Shown: piece by piece, positions 32,982-43,600 of the stretch
Layout: every line of letters starts with the position of its first letter
How positions within the stretch are numbered: position 1 is the stretch's first letter
DNA from: Phormidium sp.
GTDB taxonomy: Bacteria; Cyanobacteriota; Cyanobacteriia; Cyanobacteriales; Aerosakkonemataceae
Length of the DNA: 64,000 bases
Direction: 5' to 3'
NCBI GenBank assembly: GCA_051013385.1
Contig: CP143273.1
Location: forward strand, 608,001-672,000
Made by a program: the position numbers and the translations under genes
The notes under the pieces: generated by a model
The model's input: only the letters and a program-made list of their open reading frames with translations
What the model was told of the DNA's origin: nothing
The model's database searches: none

Positions 32982-33701
32982 TTAAGAACCTGCTAAAGGG
33001 CAAAGGTTACGATTAACCAAACTCGGTTTTAGCAAGGTAATTTTGTCAGCATAAATGCGAGGAATATAAATCGAACCTGGTTCAATCTGGTTCATAATTT
33101 CAGTTAGTCCTTGGGGTAAAGTATTGCCAGATAAACCTCTGTCAATTCCTCGAAAAGGATGAAGGAAGCCACCCGCACTCAGTCGGGTATTAAAAGGCTG
33201 AATTCGACCCCAACGGGATTCGCTTTCTTCTAAAACAGGTTGAATCGTTATTTGTTGCTGCCAGTAAGTAGTAGGTAAAGTAATAAACAGCACTACTTTT
33301 TGCTGTTGGGCGTTGTAGTGTAGTCGGTGCATCTGAGAAGCATCCAAAAGTCCCGGTTGCACTTGCATTACTGTTTGTTTTTCTGCAATCGACCATTTTC
33401 CCTGGCTATCTTGTCGCACCCAAAATAAACGAATAGATGAATCATTTACTGGTAATATAACTACGGCTCGACCTTGAGCTAAATTATTGAATCGAGCTAC
33501 AGGTAAATTTAACTGTAAGGAAGTTGAATCTAGTTGCGATCGCAAGTTATCTCCTAAGTTAAGAGATTGACATAAAGCATTAATTTTGATGTTTTGCTCT
33601 GCTTGATAATAAGAACGCATCTTTGGTGATAATGTAAATGTTTGACAACTAACTAGGAAAGTACTGCAACCGAGCATAAGTAATAGCAATTTAGGTTTCA
33701 T
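32982..33701 (-). CDS. Putative lipoprotein
   Basis: MKPKLLLLMLGCSTFLVSC signal peptide with lipobox; AGAGGA RBS. Confidence 0.7.
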   Translation of the reverse strand: MKPKLLLLMLGCSTFLVSCQTFTLSPKMRSYYQAEQNIKINALCQSLNLGDNLRSQLDSTSLQLNLPVARFNNLAQGRAVVILPVNDSSIRLFWVRQDSQGKWSIAEKQTVMQVQPGLLDASQMHRLHYNAQQQKVVLFITLPTTYWQQQITIQPVLEESESRWGRIQPFNTRLSAGGFLHPFRGIDRGLSGNTLPQGLTEIMNQIEPGSIYIPRIYADKITLLKPSLVNRNLCPLAGS

Positions 33702-33958
33702 TTTTCCTCTGGAAATTGGTAATATTGATGTAAAGGGAAAATCTTGAGATTGAAATGGATGGTAATTAAAAAAACTCCCTACTTGCCTACAAGTGTTAAC
33801 TAGCTAGATAGGTCAGCTTGGATAATTTAATTTAACTAAATGGATGGAAAGGGGGCATTACCCAAAAAACAAAAAGCAGCTTTTTGGTAGCTGCTTGTCG
33901 AAAAGTAGTTGTAATTATTGAATAGTTAACGAAAAGCTGAAAATTAATGACGATCGCA

Positions 33959-35263
33959 TTAATCTTGAGTAAGCTTTACCAAGAGTTTAGCCAAAGCTTG
34001 TACCATTGGGCGACCGGAAATATCTTCACCGCGTTTCAGACGATGAACGCTACCTTTGAGTACAGGTTCTTCACTGGTAATGGTATCTGAATTACCATTC
34101 AAATCACTGTAAATAATGGCAACTACAGGTAAAGGTTTTGCTAATTGCTTCTCACAAAACTCTTGCCAAGCAATTACTTCATCTTCTGTCTTACCTACAA
34201 TAATGGCGTGAGTAGCTTGAGACATGATAACTTTGTTCTCATCGCTAGGAATTTTACCGCCTACATCAAATAGCAATAGTGAATTTTTAATTCCCTGAAT
34301 ATCTCTCGCTTTAGCTTGAGCAAATTCGGGGGTAAACTTAGCTTTGTACTCTTCTTTTAATTTTTCCGCTAACTCTGGATATTTGGCGACGGTTTCCGCG
34401 TACCAAGAACCATCACCATCGGGACAACCAGAAATGGCATAAAAATCAGCAGGTGCATTATTCAAGTTGAAAATTGCTGCTTTTAAACCATCCCTTAGTA
34501 CCGTTTTTCCGGTATTGGGGGAACCACAGAGGACAGCTTTAACTGTAGGTTCTGGGTCATAATTTACATCAAAGGTTGCCCCAACTTGATAATTTTTAGA
34601 ATGGCTGAATACTACCACGTATCTATCTAATCCTTTATCTCCTAATTTGGGATCGAAGACAGCTACACTGCTATATAGATGAGCAATTTTGTTAGCAATC
34701 ATAAAACTAGCTAGAACAGTAGCACGTCCGTTAATTCTCAGTAGTTGTTTACCGCCTGTTAATTGTCCCGAACTAATTAATTTTTCTAGTTGTGCTTCTG
34801 CATCTAATAAAAGTCGATCGCCATCAGCTTTCACGCCATTATTAATTTTGGCAATTAAGACATCATCTGACCAATAGATTAAAAATGAAGGAGAACTATC
34901 ATCTATCGTAGCTACTTGCTTAACTTCTCCGGTAACAAAATCAATGCGACTACCAACTGGGTACTCTGCTGCGGTACTGATGACGACAACGTAAGCTCTT
35001 AAACGAGTATCGGAAACTGCGATCGCTCGATATAAGTGTGCGATTTCATGGGCTAAAGTATAACTGGCTAGTACGGAAATTCTACCGTCAATTTTCAGCA
35101 GATTTCCACCTCCCAGTTCCCCAGCCGCGATCATCTGTTGCAAACCTACTGCTACATCGCGCACGATTCGATCGCCATCAGCTGTCACTGGTTCACCGTT
35201 TGCATTTTTGGCAAAATCTACTTTTAAGGTATCTCCTTCTAATCTCATTTGATAGCTAGTCAT
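33959..35263 (-). CDS. csx3: Tandem Csx3 (Crn3 ring nuclease-like) domains fused to a P-loop NTPase
   Basis: Two copies of L(K/R)I(D/N)GR...IAHLY..(I/V)AV.D.(R/K)L...VVV.S; C-terminal GSPNTGKT, CPDGDG and FDVGGK. Confidence 0.8.
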   Translation of the reverse strand: MTSYQMRLEGDTLKVDFAKNANGEPVTADGDRIVRDVAVGLQQMIAAGELGGGNLLKIDGRISVLASYTLAHEIAHLYRAIAVSDTRLRAYVVVISTAAEYPVGSRIDFVTGEVKQVATIDDSSPSFLIYWSDDVLIAKINNGVKADGDRLLLDAEAQLEKLISSGQLTGGKQLLRINGRATVLASFMIANKIAHLYSSVAVFDPKLGDKGLDRYVVVFSHSKNYQVGATFDVNYDPEPTVKAVLCGSPNTGKTVLRDGLKAAIFNLNNAPADFYAISGCPDGDGSWYAETVAKYPELAEKLKEEYKAKFTPEFAQAKARDIQGIKNSLLLFDVGGKIPSDENKVIMSQATHAIIVGKTEDEVIAWQEFCEKQLAKPLPVVAIIYSDLNGNSDTITSEEPVLKGSVHRLKRGEDISGRPMVQALAKLLVKLTQD

Positions 35264-35495
35264 TGGTTTTTCCTTCTCTGCTTTGACTGTTTGATGTTGA
35301 TTACCTAAATTTGCGGTACAAAGCTTTGGCTTGGGCGGGTTTTGATTTTAATTTCTGGCGCTGGGTATTCCCATCTTTTGACTAAACCCGCCCCTACCGA
35401 TTTCGTAAACAATATTACTTTGCCACTAAATAGGAAAGGGAGCTTTCCTTGTTGGTGTAGTTTAAAGAGGTAACTTAATTGACACCAGCAATTTT

Positions 35496-36965
35496 ATGTC
35501 TGCTCAAACCTTTGATTTCCCGCCAACAGTAAAATTATTGCAGGTATTTGCACGCGGTTCTTTAAGACAGAATTTGCCGAAAGCAGTGCGGTTGTGGGTA
35601 ATTTTGCGATCGCTTTATGGTGACGAAACCGATCCGATGAGGTTGCAACTTAAGAAAAAGTTTACTTATAGCGATTGGAATAAACAGTTTTTCACGCAAA
35701 CTGATACAAATCATAAGGATTATACGATTCCTAGCGAACACGATCCCTTATGTTCTTGTGGGAAAAGTCTTCGTGATTGGTTGTTCAATTCTGATACTGG
35801 TTTAAATCAGGAAGAATGGCTTTGTTCGTTCCGAAATCTTTACCCGATGACTGTACAAGATTTAGATAATTTGCTATCTTTTGGTATCATTACCCAAGTT
35901 AAGAAAAATCCCCAAAAACAAAAAAGTTTACCCAATGGTCGTTTGTTTGCTGTCACTAGTAAGAACATTCAAAACGATTTTAAAGCTTTGGTGGAAATGG
36001 GATGGTTAGAAGCACAAGCAATTAAACAAGGTACAGGTAAAAAGTTTAAAATTCTGTATTCCTTAGTTGAGGAGTTTCCCCAGGTTGCTATTCACTCGGA
36101 AAATACGATTCTCGATGGAGAGACAACGGTGGTGAGAAATGCGATCGCTAATGATTTGGCTGATTTCTTTGAAGATTTTGGTCAAGAGATTAATGGTCAA
36201 AAACGCTTTGTTTTGGATATCGAGTATATCGTTCATCGTCAGTTTAGTCAGCAAATTGATACTTTGCGTCAACAGCTAAAATCTATTTGGCATCAACCGC
36301 AAGTCCCACCTGTGAAAATTACTTATGTCAGTGCAAGAAACTTTCAAAGTTATCAGGATGAAGGGGAAGAATATATAGTTTATCCGGTTTGCCTTTACTA
36401 TTCCCATCGTGCGCCTTATTTGTTTGCTTTTGGTCAAACACCAAAGGATGAGGCTAAGATTGATTGGTATGATTATCGGCTCGATCGCATTCAAAATTTG
36501 CAGCAGTTAAAGTGGAATGATGTAAATATTGAGGGATTTACTCAGTCAATTTGTCAGTCCAAAACACCAAAACAAATTCAAGATTACCGTGCCGAAGCTT
36601 GGGGATTTGATTTTTACAAACCACAAGAGTTGCTGTTACTGCGGTTCGATCGCTATTTCCATTCTCGTTACATTGAGGGAACAGAACGGGACGAGCTATT
36701 TACGAAAATACCTTATAACTATGCTGAATCTCAGATTATCAATGCACGAATAGACTCAGAACAAAAGTCAGAACTTTTAAAGGTTTTCTATTCTCGTTCC
36801 CCTGATGATATTTACTGTCGAATTAATTATCGCACTGATGATAATAATGTAATTATGCGTTTGAGAGCTTGGGGAGCAAATGTTGAAGTGTTTTTGCCTT
36901 GGTCATTGCGATCGCGCATGACTCAAGATATCCAAGCTACCTGGAAACTTTATCAAAGTAGGTAA
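35496..36965 (+). CDS. CRISPR-associated WYL-domain regulator (TIGR03985-like)
   Basis: YPVCLYY...PYLFAFG...DYRLDRI WYL motif; AWGFDFY; RLRAWGANVEVFLPWSLR WCX-like end. Confidence 0.85.
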   Translation: MSAQTFDFPPTVKLLQVFARGSLRQNLPKAVRLWVILRSLYGDETDPMRLQLKKKFTYSDWNKQFFTQTDTNHKDYTIPSEHDPLCSCGKSLRDWLFNSDTGLNQEEWLCSFRNLYPMTVQDLDNLLSFGIITQVKKNPQKQKSLPNGRLFAVTSKNIQNDFKALVEMGWLEAQAIKQGTGKKFKILYSLVEEFPQVAIHSENTILDGETTVVRNAIANDLADFFEDFGQEINGQKRFVLDIEYIVHRQFSQQIDTLRQQLKSIWHQPQVPPVKITYVSARNFQSYQDEGEEYIVYPVCLYYSHRAPYLFAFGQTPKDEAKIDWYDYRLDRIQNLQQLKWNDVNIEGFTQSICQSKTPKQIQDYRAEAWGFDFYKPQELLLLRFDRYFHSRYIEGTERDELFTKIPYNYAESQIINARIDSEQKSELLKVFYSRSPDDIYCRINYRTDDNNVIMRLRAWGANVEVFLPWSLRSRMTQDIQATWKLYQSR

Positions 36966-37004
36966 TCGGAACAATCTACTACTAATGGAGATGAGTAATC
37001 ACAA

Positions 37005-37580
37005 ATGACTATGAATACTGAAACAGCAAAACTTTCACATCGATTTGAACAAGCTTTAGTTTATGCTACTCAGCTTCACGCTCATCAAGTCAGAAAAGGT
37101 AGCGATATTCCTTACATTAGTCACCTGTTGAGTGTAGCAGCGTTGGTGTTAGAAGATGGCGGAGACGAAGATGAAGCAATAGCCGCACTTTTACACGATA
37201 GTATTGAAGATTGTGGAGGTGCAGAAACTCGCCAAGCTATTTTGATGTTATTTGGAGAAAGAGTTACAAATATTGTGGATGGTTGCACGGAATCTGATGT
37301 GATACCTAAACCTCCTTGGCGCGATCGCAAGTTACTATACTTGGAAAAAATGCGCGATGCTTCTCCTTCTGTTCTGCGAGTTTCTTTGGCAGATAAATTG
37401 CATAATGCTCGTTCAATTTTAACTGATTTATACCGACATGGTGATGCAGTTTGGCATAAATTTAATGCTGGAAAAGAAGGTACTTTATGGTTTTACCGCA
37501 GTTTGATTGAAATTTACGAAGCAGCTACAAATAATTTTTTGCTCGATGAGCTTAAAAGGATTGTTGATTTGTTAGTTTAA
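37005..37580 (+). CDS. HD-domain hydrolase of RelA/SpoT small-alarmone-hydrolase (Mesh1-like) type
   Basis: HQVRKG..IPYISH, ALLHDSIED and ADKLHNAR. Confidence 0.85.
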   Translation: MTMNTETAKLSHRFEQALVYATQLHAHQVRKGSDIPYISHLLSVAALVLEDGGDEDEAIAALLHDSIEDCGGAETRQAILMLFGERVTNIVDGCTESDVIPKPPWRDRKLLYLEKMRDASPSVLRVSLADKLHNARSILTDLYRHGDAVWHKFNAGKEGTLWFYRSLIEIYEAATNNFLLDELKRIVDLLV

Positions 37581-37611
37581 CTTGTTTAGTAATAATTAAT
37601 AGCTTTAATAA

Positions 37612-37651
37612 AACTACCTAAGTTTTACCAATATATTGACTTAGGTAGTTT
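37612..37651. terminator. Bidirectional terminator-like hairpin between the HD gene and array 2
   Basis: AACTACCTAAGT...ACTTAGGTAGTT inverted repeat flanked by A/T tracts. Confidence 0.65.
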
Positions 37652-37659
37652 ATTTTCAG

Positions 37660-40600
37660 GTTTCCAACTAATCCGAATTAACCCTTCGGTGGGGGGCAGT
37701 ACCACCGCCAAGAATTGACGGAGGATTTGCAGGAGTTTCCAACTAATCCGAATTAACCCTTCGGTGGGGGATTATCAATTCGATTGAAAGAGAGGACGGT
37801 AGTGGGAAAAAGTAGTTTCCAACTAATCCGAATTAACCCTTCGGTGGGGGTGTACGCCCTAGCGTACGAGAGGGAGCAGGGGTAATAAAGTTTCCAACTA
37901 ATCCGAATTAACCCTTCGGTGGGGGGAGACAATTGGACAACTGAGCAAAGTGGAGATAGATTTAGTTTCCAACTAATCCGAATTAACCCTTCGGTGGGGG
38001 ACGACGAAGCCGATCGCATCCTAGCCGATATCGAAGTTTCCAACTAATCCGAATTAACCCTTCGGTGGGGGACTATTCAAACTGTACCTTCACTAAATGA
38101 TGCCAGCCAAAAGTTTCCAACTAATCCGAATTAACCCTTCGGTGGGGGGATAAAGGATCGCTTGATCAATTCGAGGCTGCAGCTCGTGTTTCCAACTAAT
38201 CCGAATTAACCCTTCGGTGGGGGTCAAGGGGAAATAACCAGAAGTCTCCAATTTATTGTTTCCAACTAATCCGAATTAACCCTTCGGTGGGGGGGCAATG
38301 TCCATTCCAGCTACAGTAGACAATGCTGTCGATACATGTTTCCAACTAATCCGAATTAACCCTTCGGTGGGGGATCACTGCCGAAAGTGGAGGGCAAATT
38401 TCTCCAAAGCAAGGTTTCCAACTAATCCGAATTAACCCTTCGGTGGGGGAAGAGTTTGATGAGGAGAGTTCTCTCCTCGAACGTTTCCAACTAATCCGAA
38501 TTAACCCTTCGGTGGGGGGAGCACTGAAAGTGTTCCGGGTTACCGGGCACTAACAAACTGTTTCCAACTAATCCGAATTAACCCTTCGGTGGGGGTTGCT
38601 GGAACTTCTGACGGAACGGGTTTCAACACAATTGTTTCCAACTAATCCGAATTAACCCTTCGGTGGGGGAGGAGCAAGATCAACAACAAATAAATGAGTT
38701 ACTAGACGTTTCCAACTAATCCGAATTAACCCTTCGGTGGGGGGTCATCTCCTTAATCTGAAAAAGTTTCTTTCGAGATGGTGTTTCCAACTAATCCGAA
38801 TTAACCCTTCGGTGGGGGGTTTCGGCTTTGCATTTCTTACTGAAGAAGCATTGAATGATGTTTCCAACTAATCCGAATTAACCCTTCGGTGGGGGGAAGT
38901 GAATCGCCGAGAGTTGGTAAATAACTTTTGGGTTTCCAACTAATCCGAATTAACCCTTCGGTGGGGGAAAAAACCCGGCAAAGAAAGTTACAACAACTAA
39001 GGCAAAAAGTTTCCAACTAATCCGAATTAACCCTTCGGTGGGGGGAAGCATTGTTAGTTTTATTAAATCTACCCGTTAAAGTGTTTCCAACTAATCCGAA
39101 TTAACCCTTCGGTGGGGGAACCTTCTGGGATTTTTTAGTCCCGAAATTGAGCTTAAAAGTTTCCAACTAATCCGAATTAACCCTTCGGTGGGGGAGAATC
39201 AGGCTCTTTGAGGGTATCCCAAGAGCCGTTTCTTGTTTCCAACTAATCCGAATTAACCCTTCGGTGGGGGGGGTTTATAATTCTTATGTGGCAGGGAAAA
39301 CTAAACTAAATTGTTTCCAACTAATCCGAATTAACCCTTCGGTGGGGGATTTGCAATTGCTTTAACAATTATCGTTAGTGAGCGTTTCCAACTAATCCGA
39401 ATTAACCCTTCGGTGGGGGGAGTGCAAAATGCATTTACTTTTGGAGGTTTAAACCTGATAAGTTTCCAACTAATCCGAATTAACCCTTCGGTGGGGGATG
39501 ACGGAGCTGGCGTAATTCGAACCCGCCAATTTGAAGGGTTTCCAACTAATCCGAATTAACCCTTCGGTGGGGGAATCAATGTGTTAATGGTTCAGAAGAA
39601 GTAGGTACTCTTGGGTTTCCAACTAATCCGAATTAACCCTTCGGTGGGGGCCCCGGGGAATGCGCAAGAAGCGGGCCAGAACCGCATTCAAAGTTTCCAA
39701 CTAATCCGAATTAACCCTTCGGTGGGGGTCCAAGGATTAAAAGTTTCAATTTCGGTTGAAATGTTTCCAACTAATCCGAATTAACCCTTCGGTGGGGGTG
39801 GAGGTGAAGGCTTGTTTTTAGCTTACGTAACGTTTCCAACTAATCCGAATTAACCCTTCGGTGGGGGCAGACGGAAATATGCCTGTACCAGTCCAAGTTA
39901 ACATGTTTCCAACTAATCCGAATTAACCCTTCGGTGGGGGGCAACACTGGAAACGACACCCTGATTGGCGGTAATGTTTGTTTCCAACTAATCCGAATTA
40001 ACCCTTCGGTGGGGGATTGATCCAGCTACCGGAAACGTTACAGAAGCAAGTGTTTCCAACTAATCCGAATTAACCCTTCGGTGGGGGGGTATCTTTAGTT
40101 TCTGCTAGTATTGCTGGTTTCCAACTAATCCGAATTAACCCTTCGGTGGGGGTGAAAATACCAGCTATCAATTTGGTAACCAGCCTCGAGTGTTTCCAAC
40201 TAATCCGAATTAACCCTTCGGTGGGGGAAAACCCCTGGTGCTGCAAGCAGTGCCAACTTCAATGTTCAGAGGTTTCCAACTAATCCGAATTAACCCTTCG
40301 GTGGGGGCTGGGGCCGTTCCCCAGCCAAAAGGTGCGATGTTTGGAGTTTCCAACTAATCCGAATTAACCCTTCGGTGGGGGTTTGTCGACTCTTTTTGCT
40401 GGCTGTTCTCAGACCCAAAAAGTTTCCAACTAATCCGAATTAACCCTTCGGTGGGGGAGCGGCAAAATACGATTCGCCAACAAAGAGGCACAGTGTTTCC
40501 AACTAATCCGAATTAACCCTTCGGTGGGGGACTGCTATGCCAGCCCTTGCTGACGGAGGAGGATTTTTGTTTCCAACTAATCCGAATTAACCCTTCGGTG

Positions 40601-43600
40601 GGGGTCGATTTGTCGGAATGTGCAAAAAATACCCTTCAGGTTTCCAACTAATCCGAATTAACCCTTCGGTGGGGGTATCATGTTAGCTTCTGGAACAGCT
40701 GCACAATACCGTTTCCAACTAATCCGAATTAACCCTTCGGTGGGGGGGTGTAAAAAAACCATGATTTCCAAGCTAGTTTCATTTTGTTTCCAACTAATCC
40801 GAATTAACCCTTCGGTGGGGGTACTAAGTCTCTTGTGTGACCTTGGCGTGTCACCGGAGGTTTCCAACTAATCCGAATTAACCCTTCGGTGGGGGAAAAT
40901 TTCGGCTTGGTTGCTTTGACTGTTGTTTGTTTCCAACTAATCCGAATTAACCCTTCGGTGGGGGTCTGGAGCACAACAATTATCGACACCTGTTCCTGGA
41001 GTTTCCAACTAATCCGAATTAACCCTTCGGTGGGGGCTGCTTTTCCTCAGTTTTCCGTTCCTGACTACCGCGAAGTTTCCAACTAATCCGAATTAACCCT
41101 TCGGTGGGGGTTGGGAATAAATTATACATTTTCGCACAGATTTTATAAAAAAACGTTTCCAACTAATCCGAATTAACCCTTCGGTGGGGGTGGTCTGCCG
41201 CGTCTAACCGACCGGCACCAATAGTTTCCAACTAATCCGAATTAACCCTTCGGTGGGGGGAAAGGTTATGAAAGATGAAGCTAAAGTAATGGTGATGTTT
41301 CCAACTAATCCGAATTAACCCTTCGGTGGGGGAATAAGTTAATAAATTTCAAGCCTTGGAAAAACCAGGTTTCCAACTAATCCGAATTAACCCTTCGGTG
41401 GGGGTTCCACCGGGTTTTTTAACCCAGGGAACACGCAAGAAGTTTCCAACTAATCCGAATTAACCCTTCGGTGGGGGCTTTTTCCAGCTTCGGAGTGATT
41501 GCTCAGGAAGTAATAAGTTTCCAACTAATCCGAATTAACCCTTCGGTGGGGGATGCTTGGGGTCTCAACATGAGAGACCAGTTCTGCTTTGAAGTTTCCA
41601 ACTAATCCGAATTAACCCTTCGGTGGGGGCAAGTTGCCACCACCGTTTTCTTCGGATTTGCAGTTGCTGGTTTCCAACTAATCCGAATTAACCCTTCGGT
41701 GGGGGTCCAAGTATCCAGATCAAACATCAGAAGATAAAATTGTTTCCAACTAATCCGAATTAACCCTTCGGTGGGGGTTTGCGTCAAAACGCAAACCCGT
41801 CAACTACCCCTACGTTTCCAACTAATCCGAATTAACCCTTCGGTGGGGGATACTGTAATCAAAGTTCAAAATCTTAGTTACAAAATTGTTTCCAACTAAT
41901 CCGAATTAACCCTTCGGTGGGGGGTTATTGGTTTTTCAGCGATCACTTTAAGTGCAAGGTTTCCAACTAATCCGAATTAACCCTTCGGTGGGGGTTGACC
42001 AAAATCAGCGAAATTTGAATCGTCGTTTGTTTCCAACTAATCCGAATTAACCCTTCGGTGGGGGATGGATACATTACAAAACCTATTGATGACAGGTTTT
42101 CCGTTTCCAACTAATCCGAATTAACCCTTCGGTGGGGGAAGTCAGTGGTGGCGATAGCAGCCGTCTAGCTACTGTGGGTTTCCAACTAATCCGAATTAAC
42201 CCTTCGGTGGGGGGCAAAACTGTCCAGGGTGAGGTTTTAAGTAAAATTTTAAAGTTTCCAACTAATCCGAATTAACCCTTCGGTGGGGGGTCCTGGAGAT
42301 CGCCAACAAATCGGAGTCAACATGTTTCCAACTAATCCGAATTAACCCTTCGGTGGGGGTCGTCTGTTGTTTCTTCAGAGTGAGGTGAGAAACGTGTTTC
42401 CAACTAATCCGAATTAACCCTTCGGTGGGGGTATATGCACGCCGCGGAGAATTAGCTGTCGGTAAAAACGTTTCCAACTAATCCGAATTAACCCTTCGGT
42501 GGGGGGTACTGCAAGCACATGGTCTGCTCGTTTCTTTACGGTTTCCAACTAATCCGAATTAACCCTTCGGTGGGGGATGAAATCGGAGGCAGCACAAAAG
42601 GACTTAGGTACTCTGCGTTTCCAACTAATCCGAATTAACCCTTCGGTGGGGGGTTACTACAGTTTTTGGGATTTCTAACACAGCTAGAGGAGTTTCCAAC
42701 TAATCCGAATTAACCCTTCGGTGGGGGTCAAATGACACTAACGGCGATTCCGGGTAGGATTCGAGTTTCCAACTAATCCGAATTAACCCTTCGGTGGGGG
42801 TTGTTCAGAGGCATGTGCCTCTGATTGGCTAATTAAGGTTTCCAACTAATCCGAATTAACCCTTCGGTGGGGGACAAGCACAACACAGACTGGTGGCAAT
42901 GGAGGTTTAACTTGTTTCCAACTAATCCGAATTAACCCTTCGGTGGGGGGGAAAGTAGATAAAATAGAGGGAAATCACAATGCTTCATGTTTCCAACTAA
43001 TCCGAATTAACCCTTCGGTGGGGGTAAAAGAGCCAGAAGCATTAGAAGATGTTCCAGTCGTTTCCAACTAATCCGAATTAACCCTTCGGTGGGGGTAGCT
43101 TCAGGTGCCACCGTTACACTTACACGTAACGGGTTTCCAACTAATCCGAATTAACCCTTCGGTGGGGGAAAAACGTATAATTAATTTACTTTATGCCTGA
43201 AAAGTTTCCAACTAATCCGAATTAACCCTTCGGTGGGGGGGGAGAAAAGCTGTCTCCCAGCCAGCGAGCTCAACTGTTTCCAACTAATCCGAATTAACCC
43301 TTCGGTGGGGGACTACTGTTGCAGATTCAAATAATGCTTCTGCACAACAAGTTTCCAACTAATCCGAATTAACCCTTCGGTGGGGGAAAGAGGCTTCCAG
43401 CTACTTGGTAATCGCTTTTGCACCGAAGGTTTCCAACTAATCCGAATTAACCCTTCGGTGGGGGCAGTTATCTTATTCCAGGCAGGAATTTGATACAATG
43501 TTTCCAACTAATCCGAATTAACCCTTCGGTGGGGGGAGTTTTTATGAAAGTTAAAAAAGCATTTGCTGCATGTGTGTTTCCAACTAATCCGAATTAACCC

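Noticed and set aside
35332..35403. CCCTACCGATT match to the array 1 repeat start in the csx3/WYL intergenic region
   Set aside because: It is part of a GGGCGGGTTT...AAACCCGCCCCTAC REP-like inverted repeat; only 11 nt match and there is no spacer structure
37005..37580. HD protein as a split-off Cas10 HD nuclease
   Set aside because: Its motifs are RelA/SpoT hydrolase type, not Cas3/Cas10 HD nuclease type
39498..39537. Spacer with TTCGAA resembling a tRNA/tmRNA T-arm
   Set aside because: The T-stem pairs poorly, there is no CCA, and it reads plausibly as coding sequence (DGAGVIRTRQFE)
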